64,000 nucleotides of DNA from Azolla caroliniana (GCA_043228905.1 JBHGNT010000012.1:15438001-15502000), one strand, 5' to 3'; shown: positions 1 through 11,741, counted from the first letter of the stretch. Notes: generated by a model from the sequence alone, not told the origin. Made by a program: numbers and translations.

Positions 1-590
1 GTGGAATCCGCAACTGCGCAACGAAGCCACAAAGAGCCGATCTACTGCGCAAAGCCGCGAAGAAAGACGCAAGCCGAATCACAAACTTTGCAACTACACA
101 CAACGCAAGCTAGAGCACGGATTCCGCAACTCCGCATAAATGCGAGTCGACACGGACTCCGGAATGTGAGTTGAAGCAGATTTCGGATACTGTCTGAAAC
201 CGACCTGACATGAGCTTGAGGGGGCGTGTTGAGAATCAAGCTCAACTTGGTCTAGTGTGTGAACTCACCTTGAGAGTGAATAGACACTCCAATAGTCAAG
301 AGTCACCATTAAGTCACCACTTTGTATTCTAGCATTTAGTATGAGTAATAGAATCATATTCTATGACACATAACTTATGAGCTTTCACATTCCCCATTCT
401 TCATGAGTCTTGTAGTTAATGAAGAGAGAGGGTGACTATATAAAGTACCCTCCTCCCACCTTGTATAATGTTGAGTCTTTCTCCTTTGTTAATATAATCT
501 ACCTTGCGTATACTCTGTCTTACTCCTTGTCTCTCTCACTCACTCTCTCTCTCTCATACACTCACACACAGTTCACACCTATTCCGCTAC
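1..590 (+). mobile_element. 3' end of a Ty1/copia element: PPT and start of 3' LTR
   Basis: TGAGCTTGAGGGGGCG purine tract (211-226) directly followed by TGTTGAG (227). The same PPT/LTR junction occurs at 44330-44350 on the minus strand. TATA-like TATATAAA lies near 437. The right boundary is approximate. Confidence 0.55.
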
Positions 591-793
591 ACAAGAATCA
601 TACCCGATTCTTTATAGTATATATATTTTCCTTATTCGTTGTTCGATCTTCGTTGTGAGTTCTCTGTGTATTTGTGTGCGTGGCTTGACCATGGTTTCGT
701 GTTGCTCTTCCCTCTGTTCGGTTATTCCCCGGTTTAGGGCCCCTGTGGTCCCGCCTTGGTTTCTCCTGCGCGTGCAGAATAACACGACATATT

Positions 794-811
794 TGGTGAA
801 CCCGACGTGAA
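794..811 (+). promoter_or_regulatory. Primer-binding site complementary to the 3' end of tRNA-Trp
   Basis: TGGTGAACCCGACGTGAA begins 4 nt after the LTR end and is the reverse complement of the plant tRNA-Trp 3' end (UUCACGUCGGGUUCACCA). Confidence 0.85.
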
Positions 812-834
812 ACAAGGCGGCGGAGGAGTCGAAG

Positions 835-2961
835 ATGAGGGGATCAGAGCTCGCCAAAGCCATGGCGGTAGCAATCGAACGGATAGTAAGTGTTCGTGAG
901 GGCACGGGTGCCCTTGACATGGCCATTGAAGCAATTGTCGACACAATAGGCCGGTTCGATGGGAAGGAAGCCACGAGTTATTTGGTGGCCTACTGAGCCA
1001 AAATGGTGATGAGGGATATCCCAGAGGAAAGGCGTCTGGCTGGGTTCCCTCGGGTGGCGACACCGGGCATCCACGCAGTGGTGCTCAAGGTGCAGGCTAG
1101 ATGCCAGACTTGGGGAGAATTCGAAGCGCGGCTCCTCGAACGGTATGGGCTTGATGATGCACTTCGGTTATCGAAGCAAGACTTCATGGATTGGGTGGAG
1201 ACCCCCGGAAAGGGGAGGAATGCGTAGGTGCTCCTCCGGGAGTTTGAAGAACGCTTCGCGCGTCTTTCGGCATTGGACATGACCGTACTGGACACGAGCC
1301 GTGTCCTTTTATTCGTCAAAGTTGTGGACGTGCGGGATCGGGAGCAAGTGGGTCTCCTGCTAGAGACAGACGATGGGCTAACGGCCGATTGGGCCGTGGT
1401 AAAAGGGGTCTATGATCGTTTCGACAAACGGCGTGAGTGGGTTGACAAGGGCTCATCGGGGGCAGGAGCGGTTGCGGCAAGAAAGCTCGAGGGACCCTTG
1501 CCGGTGCGAAGGGAGGAATCCCGGGATTGGCTTGAGACAGACTCGACTTCGACCAACGTGGTCAAGGGCCCGTCCGGAAGAGCGGCTCTAGAAGAATTGA
1601 CGTAGATGGTATGAGACCTCCAGATTGCATAGGCAAGGAGGGACGACTGTGAGCAGCCTTGCGATCGAAGGCCTCCGGGTGGGCATCGGTGCTTGTGGTG
1701 TGACGTGGTCGGTCACATCCGGAAGGACTGCGTGAACTTGGCAAAAGTGATAAGGGCTAACGTGGTGTACCTATGGAACGGGCTGGTGCACACTAGTGAG
1801 ACCCGGAGAGCCCTGGAGCTGAATATCGGGCGAGGAGGACTGAAAAGGCTGATGGAAGAAGCGGCGGTGCACCATGAGGAGACCATCCACTACTCGGCGT
1901 CGGCAGGAATCCGGGTCGGGAGTGATGAAGGCCGGAAGACGAAGGACTCCGGTTTTTGGCCGTTGGTGCTAGAAGGCCTTGCCGGCATGCGGTTGAGGAA
2001 GGAGGAAGAGGACCGCGTGGAAAGACGGGTCCGGGAGGTCACCGGGTGGAGCGATCCGGTCGAGGAAAAGATCGACTTCGTGGAAGCCGCGTGCTAGAAC
2101 TACGAGGTTCTGGTAGAAGACAAGTGTGCGGGGAAGACCGGAGGGGCCGAACTCTCATAGTGGTACGAGACCCGGTTCGGGCCGAAGCAGAATGACGTTG
2201 GTACCTCCGGCACACAGGATAAAACAAAGAAAGCCGATTACCGGTTGAGCACCGAGATAGAAAGAACGATGGACTTGCGGAAGGTCCTTGAGGAACGAAT
2301 CCTCGACAACAAGGTGGAGTTGTCGCTGAGGGAAGTGCTTGGGATCGCCAAGAAAGAATTCCATGACTCCATCGTGGACTTGGTGAAGTGAAAAAGGCTT
2401 TCGACGGAGCCGGAGCCGGAGAAGCCAGTGGAGGTGCGAATGACGCACCTAGAAGACATGGCCCTGGAAGACGAGTTGGTGGAAAGCCACTATTCAAAGC
2501 TACACTAGGCAAGATCCACTACGGAAACCCCGGTTTGGATCGGAGACATCCAGGAGACGGTGGTGGCGTTGGTAGACCACGGTTCGGAGATCAACTTGAT
2601 GTCTATGGACTTCTACAAGAAGGGCAAGTGGCCGATCAACACCAAGCATGGGTGGAAAGTACGAGCGGCGATGCGTGTCACGGAGGAGCTACACGGGGCC
2701 TGCCCAAATGTACGGGTGAAAATCGGTGATGTCGAGATTCACCAGCACTTCTTCTTGCAGGAGACATCCTCGCATCCGGTGATACTCGGAGAACCGTACA
2801 TTACGGCAGCACGCATGGAGACGAAAGTGTTGGATAACAATTCGGTATACGCACGCGTGAAGAGCCAAGATGGGCGACACTCCGTCCAATTTCTCATGGT
2901 GCGACTGAACCACGAGCGCAACCGCGAGACCCTCGGCGGCGAAAGCCGAGGGGATTTTTAG
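835..2961 (+). pseudogene. gag-aspartic protease pseudogene of the decayed gypsy
   Basis: Fragments 1003-1227, 1228-1605, 1693-2097 and 2560-2961 match the intact gag-PR and are separated by in-frame stops. Confidence 0.9.
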
Positions 2962-3771
2962 AGAGGGCTATCAAGGCGTTGGGCCGCGATAGTCCGGACA
3001 CCCCAAAAACACCCCACACATGTACCATAGGAAGGAAGCCCTGTACTACAGATAGGAAAGTTTGGTTCTCCGACAACGGAGGCTGTACGATAACTAGCAT
3101 TAGCGGCCAGGAGAAGAAACGGGCGGAGGGACGTCTCAGGGCGTGTGGAGCCCTAGGGCCCCGACGATGAGATTGGTGGAGCCGTGGAGGCGTTCTCTTT
3201 CGACGACACCTTGGGAGAATTAAAGAAGGTGTTCGAAGAAGGGCTGAATGAAGACCGGACGATTCCGGTTAGTTTAGAAATGATGTATGAAGTCATTGCC
3301 GACTTTGGGGAGAGGGTCGAGTTGGATCGGACGGCCCATGTGCATACGAAGTACAAGACTGTGGACCGGAAGGTGAGACCAGTCGCGGCACCCTTGCCGG
3401 AGGGCAGCGAGTTACGGATGAGAGGTCGCGTCGGACCCAAGTCTACGGGATCTGGCCGGCATAGGACACCGGTTCACCAACATAACGCTACGGGAGCTCA
3501 AGGTTGGTGGGGGTGGCTTTCTACTGCCGGCAAAGGAGGAACGGTTTTGGAGAATGCTCGGGAGACACAGGAAGGCCTTCGCATTCTTGCCAGAAGAGAT
3601 TGGGTGCGTAGACTCGACGATCGTTGAGCTGATGGTTATCTTCATAGTACCGCATGTGCCGTGGAATCTCAAACCGATTCCAGTGCCCAGAGCTCACATC
3701 CCGAAGCTGATGGAGCTGCTAAAGCAGAAGGTGAAGATGGGCATCCTCGAACCGTCGAGTGCCCCATACTC

Positions 3772-4785
3772 TGTAGTGAGGTTCTCTAAAGGCAAGGAAC
3801 AATCAAAAGAGGAGAGATGGGCTTGAACATGTCGAGAGTAGATGTCAGCGAGCTCATGCGTGAAATGTATTATGGTGTGATGGTTTGGTTGACTAGAGTT
3901 GGTGGCGTGGGAGGTGTCACATTTTAGCTGAAAGTATAGGAAGCTATGGTCTGCACCAATGGGGCATGGGGCCACCCAGAAGGAGTTAACCATGTGGGTA
4001 GCTTCAAGGCGTCCTATTAGGTAATCAACTGTGCTTTCCCCTCCTCCATGTGGGAAACATGTGAGCGCTTCCGAGCCCGGCCACTTGGCTAAGCCATTAT
4101 ATATGATCATCTGGTGTTGGCTTCCAAGTTCAAGCAGATGATGGCCAAAGCTTGTGGCGTCTGCACCTTGATCCTTTAATGTACGCGTTATGTCTAAGTC
4201 TAAAGGTTCGACATTCACCATTTCGAGGTTTCTATCCATTTGAAGTATTGTGCATTGTCGGGATTGGGTTCTCGCATTGAAATATCCTACAAGGAAGACT
4301 TCCCCTTGAGAAGAATATCAGATTATGTCACCCGATAAAGGTTCGTATGGAGAAGGCCCATGCGGCATTCCTTCATCAACTATACTCGCCTCTCCAACCA
4401 TATTATACCAAGATCCTTTCGGGGGGAAGTAACACATGACGATAAATATCGCCTGGTCCTTGCTAGTGAGGACTTTCACCGACATAAAATGGGCTTCTGG
4501 GTCTTTCTTTAGTATTTCTATCCTATTATGTATCTCTCTCCGAAATAGTATCGCAACCCCTCCAGACCCTCTAGTAGTATGTCGACGTGAGGTTTGTCTA
4601 AAGACAGATTCCCAAAGAAAACTGTCAACTCGTGGTAGTCCTCGATTTGGGCTTTGATGTGTTTCTATTAAGAAACGTATGTCAGATACCTTCAAAATCT
4701 CCTCTAGACGGCCAGGGTGTGTCCAAAGTGCACCGTTACAGTTCCATAAAGTTATCCTAAGTTTATTGTTTGTCACATGGGCCAC
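3772..4785 (-). pseudogene. LINE ORF2 AP-endonuclease fragment (RTE/RTEX/CR1-like)
   Basis: APE motifs LWNCNG, FLIETH, GSGGVAIL, CYFPP, STVDYLI and GADHSFL. The RT domain is missing, and the fragment is fused to gypsy pol at ~3771. Confidence 0.85.
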
Positions 4786-5242
4786 ACGCCGTCAATTGGT
4801 GGCGCGATCATTTATTATCACACGTCCGTCTCGGTAAAAAGCACGATGCCCCTCTTTACGAGCTTGTATGACTCGTGGCATACAAGTTTTACGATGCTCA
4901 ATTTGCATCTTGGTTAGGTCTTCATCAAAGTAGATAGGGTCCCTGCCCAATCCCCGAAGAATTGGTCTCTTTTAAAAAAATGCGATTCTAGATTCTGAGT
5001 CCTTAAACTGAAGGACGAAAGCTCTTTTCCTAGTGGTGTCACGTCCTACCCTTCAAGTTTTAGTGATTGGTAGGGCTTCGTACCCCAACATTTTCCCTAA
5101 TGTTTGTGCATCTTTGTCAGGAGATGCCCCTTCCTTGAGCCTAGTAACTCGTACATTTAGGCGTTGAGCTTGACGCATTTTTTCCTCCTCAAGGGTAGTG
5201 ATTACAATATTTTCATCCTTTAGTTCCTTTTTAATATTACGT

Positions 5243-6038
5243 TGTCGGGATATTTCGCAAGTGCGTGTTGAGATGAGGCGGGACCGCGGGGGTCTCGAAC
5301 CAAAGAGCAAGCGAGGGAGGAGAAAGAGAGAGAACCGGCTACGCAGGACCGGGGATACACGGGGACACGGCCCTTCAGCACGGAGAGCGCGAACAGACAC
5401 CGACACAGACAGACGCGAACGACTAAATATGTATATTAACAAAAATGGCTAACACGACTACAACCCTCGATGGGGCTCAGGTTGGTTACAACCGAACAAG
5501 CCGGCGAACAGATGCCGATACTTGTTCGCTTCGATGCACAAACGGGGTAGCAGGTCGGAGGTGCTGCCGGAAGCACTCGGGTGTTCCTCGATACAGCGCG
5601 AGCCTCCTCGGAACCCTGCACAGAGAGCTATGGAGCTCAAGAAGGAAGGAAACAGAGAGAGAAGCGTCCAGAAACGGTCCGACAGCACTTCGTCCTCTCC
5701 CCGCGCGAGATCCCTGCAACAGCTCTTCCCTCCTCTTTTTATAGCCCGTCGAGCAGGCCGTCCTGTCAGCTTTATTCCCTCGTCCCTTTTGGACAGGGAT
5801 CCGCTCCGTCCTTCACGCGTCCGCGTAGTTACGCCGCCGACTCGTACAGTCCCTTCGCTCGCGCGCGCGACCGAAAAGACTGTTCGCGCGGTCTTTGTCT
5901 CCACTTGTGTTAGGGCCCGTTCCTGCCGGTCATCCTCCTAACTCGCTTCTATGTACAACTTGGAGCTTGCGCGCGTGAAGAACCGGTACCCACGCCTAGG
6001 TGTGCCGATTCCGCTTATGGACGGTTTTCTTCACGACA
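5243..6038 (-). repeat. 3' LTR
   Basis: Direct repeat of 11742-12537 (offset 6499). The spurious ORF translations inside the two copies are identical. Confidence 0.97.
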
Positions 6039-6056
6039 TCCGCCCCCACCTAACCG
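6039..6056 (-). other. Polypurine tract (PPT)
   Basis: Minus strand reads CGGTTAGGTGGGGGCGGA immediately before the 3' LTR TGTCG. Confidence 0.8.
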
Positions 6057-6109
6057 CGCATCCTCCGGTATGCGCCAAGAGAGTTGGGACGGAGAAAACC
6101 GGCCCGTCT

Positions 6110-9100
6110 TCATTCCTCGCCTTCGGATCGTTCGTCACTGCCGACCAGGAGAGCCGGGTCTGGCTCGTCGTCGTGTCGCTTCTTGAACGCCTTGATCCGC
6201 TTCCCTGCAACCGGTATCGCCATTCTCGTGCCGTCAAGTTCCGCCAGGTGATATGTCCCGTTGTCGTTGGCGCTCCGTACCACGTAAGGCCCGAACCACC
6301 TTCGTGCGAACTTCCGTGTAGCTCGGTGCTGGTTGTCGAGGCTGCTGTCGTAGACGAGCACCCAGTCACCTTCTTCGATTTTCTTCGGTCGGAGCCGGTG
6401 CGTTCGGTCGAACCTGGCTTTGTTCTTTTTCCTCGCCACCCGGAGCTTCTCCGCAGCCAGTTCCACGTCCTCCGGTCTCCGCTCGAGCTGTCGTATGCGC
6501 GCGGCCAACAACTCCTCCCGGCTCATCTCGTCCCTCCAGTCGACCGTTGCCCACGAGGAGATCGTCCGTTCCATCGGCATGATCGGCTTCTGGCCGAACA
6601 TGAGCTCCGTCGGCATGTACCCGGTTACCGAACTGTGCGTGGTCCGGTCTGCCCACAAAGCATAAGGTAGCAGCCGCGGCCAGTTACCGACTTGGCCTCC
6701 GCATGCCCGAACCAACGCCTTGACGATCGGCCCGTGTCCGCGCTCCACCTTCCCATTCGCCTCCGGATTGTACGCAGTGGTGAGCGAGAGCTTGACTCCC
6801 AGCCGGTCGAACAGCTCCGCGGCTTCTTCGGCGTCCAACTCCCCTCGGTCAGCCACGATCTTCCCGACGCACCCGTACCGGCATATCACGTCCTCGATTA
6901 GGAACCGGCATACGGCCACGGTCGTTTTGTTCGGAAGGGCCCGGCCTTCCACCTGGTTCGTCAGATCCTCCCGCGCTAGGACCAGGTACCGCATCTGTCC
7001 TACTCCCATTGGCATCGTTACCAGATCTACCATCCATTTGAAGTGGATGGTCGGAGGGTACGTGGGGTAAAGCTCGTCCCGATGTCGGACTATGGAGTGC
7101 ATCTGACAGCTCTCGCAAGTTGTCACGAACCGATGCACGTCCTGGTACTGCCCCGGCCACCAATACTTCCCCTTCAGTTTCTCAAACGTAGCCCATGTTC
7201 CACGGTGTCCAGCCCAAGGGCTGTCGTGGTAGGCCGTCAGCAGCTCCTCCTGTTCTTCCTTCATCGCCACCACCCGGAGCGGAGCGCCGTCCCTCTTCTT
7301 CGGGTGCTTCCATAGGTAGCCATCCCGGAGAAAGAACCGGTACGCTTTCCTCCGGATCCGGTTGGCCTCGTCCTTCGTCCATGACGCATCGGGCGTCATT
7401 GTCTTCAAAAACCCACCGATCTGCAGCCACTCCCCGTCATACTTGCTCGCGTCGAAGTCGTTAAGCGCCGGAGTGCTTGTCCCGCCGGTTGTTACATACG
7501 CAGTCTCGAAGAAGTCCACGCCGACCTCTTCGTCCTCCGAGACCATGCCGCCCTCGTCCTCGAATCTCGCCCTTGAAAGCATGTCGGCCATGGCGTTGTC
7601 TTTCCCGGAAATGTGCCGTATTACCGGGTCTAGGGACTTGATGTACGCTATCCACCTGAGCATTGCCAGGTCCGGCGTCGCGCATCCGGAAACCATGCCG
7701 AGAATCGGCATGCAATCCGTCTCTATGATTACCTCCGTCCCGATCAGATAGTCCTTGTCGGCCTTCACCGCCGAAACGATACCCCAGAGTTCGCGTTTAA
7801 CCTGGGCGTATCCTCGCTGCCGTTCGCTGAGGACCTTCGCGCCGAATCGGATTGGAAACCGATTGCCGTCCCCGTCTTCTTGGTTGACGACCCACCCGAT
7901 TCCGGTCGGACTCGTGTCAACCGTTATGTACACTGGGGTGCCCTTCCCGTAGACAGCCTTTCGGAGCGCCGGTGCTGCCGAAAGGGCCTCCTTCAGCTTC
8001 CGGACCGACTCCGCGTGCTTGTCTAGCCATTCGAATCTTCGCCCTTTCCTCAACAATCCGTATAGCGGCTCCGCAACGTGGGCGTAATGCGGGATCCATA
8101 TGTGGTAGAATGCGCATGCCCCCAGGAATCTTCGTACTTCCGTGACCGAGCTGCAGTCGGGCTTCATCGCGGAGATGGCTTCTACCTTTGCCGGAGACGG
8201 TTTCCGGCCATACGGCCCACATAAGTGTCCGACCACCATGATTTCCGGCTGCCCGAAGGCTGATTTCTCCCCCGAGAAGGTGAGCCTCGCAACCTCTAGC
8301 CTTTGCAGCACCTTCTCGCAGTCGTCGATGTGCGCCATCACGAATCGCCGGCATCCGTCCGGCCCGACCGTCTCGTCCTTCTCTTCTACCGGGCATCCCT
8401 TGATCGGGATGTCGTCTAGAAACGGCATGGTGATGTCCGGGATGCAGTCCCTCAGCACCTTGTTCATTGCATTCACCATGTGGGCCACCGAGTTGGTCCC
8501 TCCTTGCGGCAGCGTACACATCCGCACTAGGCCGAGGGGAGTTCGCATCGTCGTAATGTCTCTGCTCTCCACGGCTAGCTGGAACTGGTCGTACCCTGAA
8601 TATAGATCACCGACCGAGTAAATCGACCTTCCGGCGAAGGCCTCCGCGAACTCGTCTATGGTCGGTCCAATCCCTGCGTTCCGAATGGTCACCCTATTGA
8701 CCGGTTGCAGGTCCTGAATGAAGCGCAATGATCCGTTTTTCTTTGGTACGGTAAACCACCGGTTTGAATACGGGGCGCTCGACGGCTCGAGAATGCCCAT
8801 ATCAACTTTCTGCTTCAACAGCTCCATCAACATCGGGATGTGAGCTCTCGGAACCGAAATTGGCTTGAGATTCCACGGTACATGCGGTACCGTGAATATC
8901 ACCATTGGCTCTACGATCGTCGGGTCTACACACCCGATTTCCTCCGGTGAGAATGCGAAGGCTTTCCCGTGCCTTCCGAGCATTCTCCGGAACCGGTCTT
9001 CCTCCACCGGCAGTAGGAACCCGCCCCCACCGATCTTCAGCTCGCGGAGCGTCTCGTTGGTGAAGGTGTGTCCTATGCAGGCCGGATCTCGTAAGCTGGG

Positions 9101-9574
9101 GTCCGATGCAACCCCTTTGATTCGGGATTCGCTGCCCTCCGGTAAGGGCGCCGCAACTGGCCTCACCTTCCGGTCCACCGTCTTGTACTTGGTGCTCACT
9201 CGGGCCGTCCGTTCCGACTCGAGCCCTCGACCGAAGTCCGCGATGACTTCATACATTTCTTCGGAACATACCGGTATCGTCCGGTCTTCGTTAAAGTCTT
9301 CTTCGACTACCTCCCCCAGCATTCCCAAGGTGTCGTCGAAGGAGACTGCCTCCACGGCTCCGTTGATTCCTTCGTCAGGGCCGAGAACTCCGCACGCCCG
9401 AAGTCTCCCCTCCGTCTTTGTTTTCTCTCGGCCGGTGATGCCGACCATCGTACATGCTCCGCTGTCGGAGAAGCAAAATTTCCTACCTATAGTACACGGT
9501 TTTATCGTACAGATGTGGGGTTTTTCCCGAGCATCCGGACTGTCGCGGCCCCACGCCTTGGCAGTCCTCTCTAA
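6110..9574 (-). CDS. pol: Pol (RT-RNase H-integrase), predicted to be reached by -1 frameshift from gag-PR
   Basis: RT motifs DLYSGYDQ, LPQG and FLDD; RNase H VDTS..E..ETDC; integrase HHCC (H..PWAGH..CESC), DDE core and GPY/F. The frame stays open from the annotated ATG (9448) back to the slippery site at 9574-9580. Confidence 0.95.
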   Translation of the reverse strand, partial: LERTAKAWGRDSPDAREKPHICTIKPCTIGRKFCFSDSGACTMVGITGREKTKTEGRLRACGVLGPDEGINGAVEAVSFDDTLGMLGEVVEEDFNEDRTIPVCSEEMYEVIADFGRGLESERTARVSTKYKTVDRKVRPVAAPLPEGSESRIKGVASDPSLRDPACIGHTFTNETLRELKIGGGGFLLPVEEDRFRRMLGRHGKAFAFSPEEIGCVDPTIVEPMVIFTVPHVPWNLKPISVPRAHIPMLMELLKQKVDMGILEPSSAPYSNRWFTVPKKNGSLRFIQDLQPVNRVTIRNAGIGPTIDEFAEAFAGRSIYSVGDLYSGYDQFQLAVESRDITTMRTPLGLVRMCTLPQGGTNSVAHMVNAMNKVLRDCIPDITMPFLDDIPIKGCPVEEKDETVGPDGCRRFVMAHIDDCEKVLQRLEVARLTFSGEKSAFGQPEIMVVGHLCGPYGRKPSPAKVEAISAMKPDCSSVTEVRRFLGACAFYHIWIPHYAHVAEPLYGLLRKGRRFEWLDKHAESVRKLKEALSAAPALRKAVYGKGTPVYITVDTSPTGIGWVVNQEDGDGNRFPIRFGAKVLSERQRGYAQVKRELWGIVSAVKADKDYLIGTEVIIETDCMPILGMVSGCATPDLAMLRWIAYIKSLDPVIRHISGKDNAMADMLSRARFEDEGGMVSEDEEVGVDFFETAYVTTGGTSTPALNDFDASKYDGEWLQIGGFLKTMTPDASWTKDEANRIRRKAYRFFLRDGYLWKHPKKRDGAPLRVVAMKEEQEELLTAYHDSPWAGHRGTWATFEKLKGKYWWPGQYQDVHRFVTTCESCQMHSIVRHRDELYPTYPPTIHFKWMVDLVTMPMGVGQMRYLVLAREDLTNQVEGRALPNKTTVAVCRFLIEDVICRYGCVGKIVADRGELDAEEAAELFDRLGVKLSLTTAYNPEANGKVERGHGPIVKALVRACGGQVGNWPRLLPYALWADRTTHSSVTGYMPTELMFGQKPIMPMERTISSWATVDWRDEMSREELLAARIRQLERRPEDVELAAEKLRVARKKNKARFDRTHRLRPKKIEEGDWVLVYDSSLDNQHRATRKFARRWFGPYVVRSANDNGTYHLAELDGTRMAIPVAGKRIKAFKKRHDDEPDPALLVGSDERSEGEE

Positions 9575-11697
9575 AAATCCTCTCGGTTTTCGGAACCGAG
9601 GGAATCGCGGTTACGTTCGTGGTTCGGCCGTACCGTCAGAAACTGGACCGAATGGCGCCCGTCTTGGCTTTTGACCCTTGCGTAGGCCGAACCATTGTCC
9701 AGCACTTTGGTCTCCATTCGCGCCGCCGTGATGTACGGCTCTCCCAGAATGACCGGATGCGAAGACGTCTCCTGCACGAAGAAGTGCTGGTCAATCTCAA
9801 CGTCGCCGATCTTGACTCGCACATTCGGACAGGCCCCGTGCAGTTCCTCGGTGGCGCGCGTTGCTGCCCTTATTTTCCACCCGTGCTTGGTGTTGATCGG
9901 CCATTTGCCCTTCTTATAGAAGTCCATGGACATCAAATTGATCTCCGATCCGTGGTCCACCAAAGCTATCACCGGTTCCTGGACATCGCCGATCTTCACC
10001 GGGGTTTCCGTGGTCGCTCGGGCCCAGTGTGGTCTCGAATAGTGGCTTTCCGCCCACTCGTCTCCCAGCGCCATGTCGTCTAGGTGCGTCGTCCGCACTT
10101 CCACCGGTCTTTCCGGTTCTGTCTTCGTCGACAGCCTCTTCCGTTTCACCAAGTCCACGATGGAGTCGTGGAACTCCTTCTTGGCGATTCCCAGCACCTC
10201 TCGTAACGACAGCTCCACCTTGTTGTCGAGGATCCGTTCCTCCAGGACCTTTTGTAAGTCTGTGGTCCTTTCTATCTCCGTCCCCAGACGGTACCCGCCC
10301 TTCTGGGGTTTATCTTGCGTACCGGCCCCGCCGGCTTCGTCCCGTCGTGGCCCGGACCGGGTCTCGTATCGTTGTGAGGGCCCGGTCGTCCCGGGTCTCC
10401 CCACCCGCTTCTCTTCTACCAGAGCCTCGTAGTTCTGGCAAGCGGCTTCCACGAAGCCCGTCCTTTCCTCGACCGGGTCGCTCCACCCGGTCATCTCCCG
10501 TACCCGTTTCTCCGCACGGTCCGATTCCTCCCCTTTAAGCCTTGCACCGGCAAGGCCTTCCAGCATCGTCGGCCAGAATCCGGCTTTGCTTTCCCTTCGG
10601 GCCTCGCCGCCCCCGACTCGAATGCCGGCCGACGCCGAGTAGTGAACGGTTTCCGCGTGTCGGGCCGCCGCCTCTTCCATCAACCTTTTCATACCACCTT
10701 TTCCGTCGTTTCGGCTCAGGGCCCTTCGGGTGTCGCTGGCATGCACCCGTCCTTCCCACAGGTACACCACCCTGTTCCTCAGCGCCTCCGCGAAGTCGCC
10801 GCAGTCCTTCCGAATGTGGCCGACTTCATCGCACCACATGCACCTGTTTCCTGCCGCCGGCCGTCGGTCACGAGCCGGTTCGCCTCCTTCCCTTCGGGCC
10901 TGCGCGATTTGGAGGTCCTTTATCGCCTTCGTCAATTCCTCCAGCGCCGCTCCTCCGGTTGAGCCTCTGACTACGCCGGTCGAAGCCGAACCGGTTTCCA
11001 ACCACTCTCCGGTCTCTTCCTTTCGCACCCGTGGCGCTGGTTCGAACTTCCTTGCTGCGACCGAGCCCGACCCGGTCGCACCGTTATCCGCCCATTCTCG
11101 CCGTTTGTCGAAACGGCCACAGACCTTCCTGACAGCCGCCCAGTCGGTAGTGAGCCCGTCTTCGGTTTCCAGCAAGAGGCCCACGTGCTCCCGATCCCGT
11201 TCGTCGACCGACTTGACAAACAGCAAGACCCGGCTCGTGTCCAGGATGGTTCTGTCGAGCGCCGAAAGGCGCGCAAAGTTTTCCTCGAACTCCCGGAGGA
11301 GTGCCGAAGCGTTTCTTCCCTTCCCCGGGGACTCCACCCATTCCATGAACCTTCGCTTCGAAAGCCGGAGCGCGTCGTCCAGCCCGTATTTCTCTAGGAG
11401 CCGACCTTCGAACTCCTCCCAGGTACGGCTCTCCGCCCGCACCTCGAGCACCTCCGCATGGATGCCCGGCATTGCGACTCGGGGAAATCCGGCAAGACGC
11501 CTTTCTTCCGGAATGTCCCGCATCAACATCTCCGCACCGTAGGACGCTAGATACTTCGTGGCATCCCTCCCATCGAATCGGCCGATCGTGCCGACGACCG
11601 CCTCAATAGCTCTGTCGAGGGCACCTGTGCCCTCGCGCGCGTTTACAATCCGATCCACGGCCGAAGCCATGGCCTCTGCAAGATCCGACCCCCTCAT
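9571..11697 (-). CDS. gag: Gag-aspartic protease
   Basis: First ATG after the PBS is at 11697 (MRGSDL...). Contains the zinc knuckle CMWCDEVGHIRKDC and the protease motif ALVDHGSEINL. No stops. Confidence 0.93.
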   Translation of the reverse strand: MRGSDLAEAMASAVDRIVNAREGTGALDRAIEAVVGTIGRFDGRDATKYLASYGAEMLMRDIPEERRLAGFPRVAMPGIHAEVLEVRAESRTWEEFEGRLLEKYGLDDALRLSKRRFMEWVESPGKGRNASALLREFEENFARLSALDRTILDTSRVLLFVKSVDERDREHVGLLLETEDGLTTDWAAVRKVCGRFDKRREWADNGATGSGSVAARKFEPAPRVRKEETGEWLETGSASTGVVRGSTGGAALEELTKAIKDLQIAQARREGGEPARDRRPAAGNRCMWCDEVGHIRKDCGDFAEALRNRVVYLWEGRVHASDTRRALSRNDGKGGMKRLMEEAAARHAETVHYSASAGIRVGGGEARRESKAGFWPTMLEGLAGARLKGEESDRAEKRVREMTGWSDPVEERTGFVEAACQNYEALVEEKRVGRPGTTGPSQRYETRSGPRRDEAGGAGTQDKPQKGGYRLGTEIERTTDLQKVLEERILDNKVELSLREVLGIAKKEFHDSIVDLVKRKRLSTKTEPERPVEVRTTHLDDMALGDEWAESHYSRPHWARATTETPVKIGDVQEPVIALVDHGSEINLMSMDFYKKGKWPINTKHGWKIRAATRATEELHGACPNVRVKIGDVEIDQHFFVQETSSHPVILGEPYITAARMETKVLDNGSAYARVKSQDGRHSVQFLTVRPNHERNRDSLGSENREDF

Positions 11698-11719
11698 CTT
11701 CTGCTCTTCTGCCGCCTCT

Positions 11720-11737
11720 TTCACGTCGGGTTCACCA
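11720..11737 (-). promoter_or_regulatory. tRNA-Trp primer-binding site
   Basis: Minus strand TGGTGAACCCGACGTGAA, 4 nt inside the 5' LTR end, identical to 794-811. Confidence 0.88.
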
Positions 11738-11741
11738 AAGA

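Larger units (their letters stand above)
590..3771 (+). mobile_element. Decayed, truncated Ty3/gypsy element (U5, PBS, gag-protease, start of pol); sibling of the intact element at 5243-12537
   Basis: LTR end ...CACGACA at 789 and PBS at 794-811. ORF fragments are colinear with the gag-PR at 9571-11697 (CxxC knuckle WCDVVGHIRKDC, protease ALVDHGSEINL) and with the pol start, but carry many stops. The element breaks off at ...EPSSAPYS (~3771). Confidence 0.92.
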
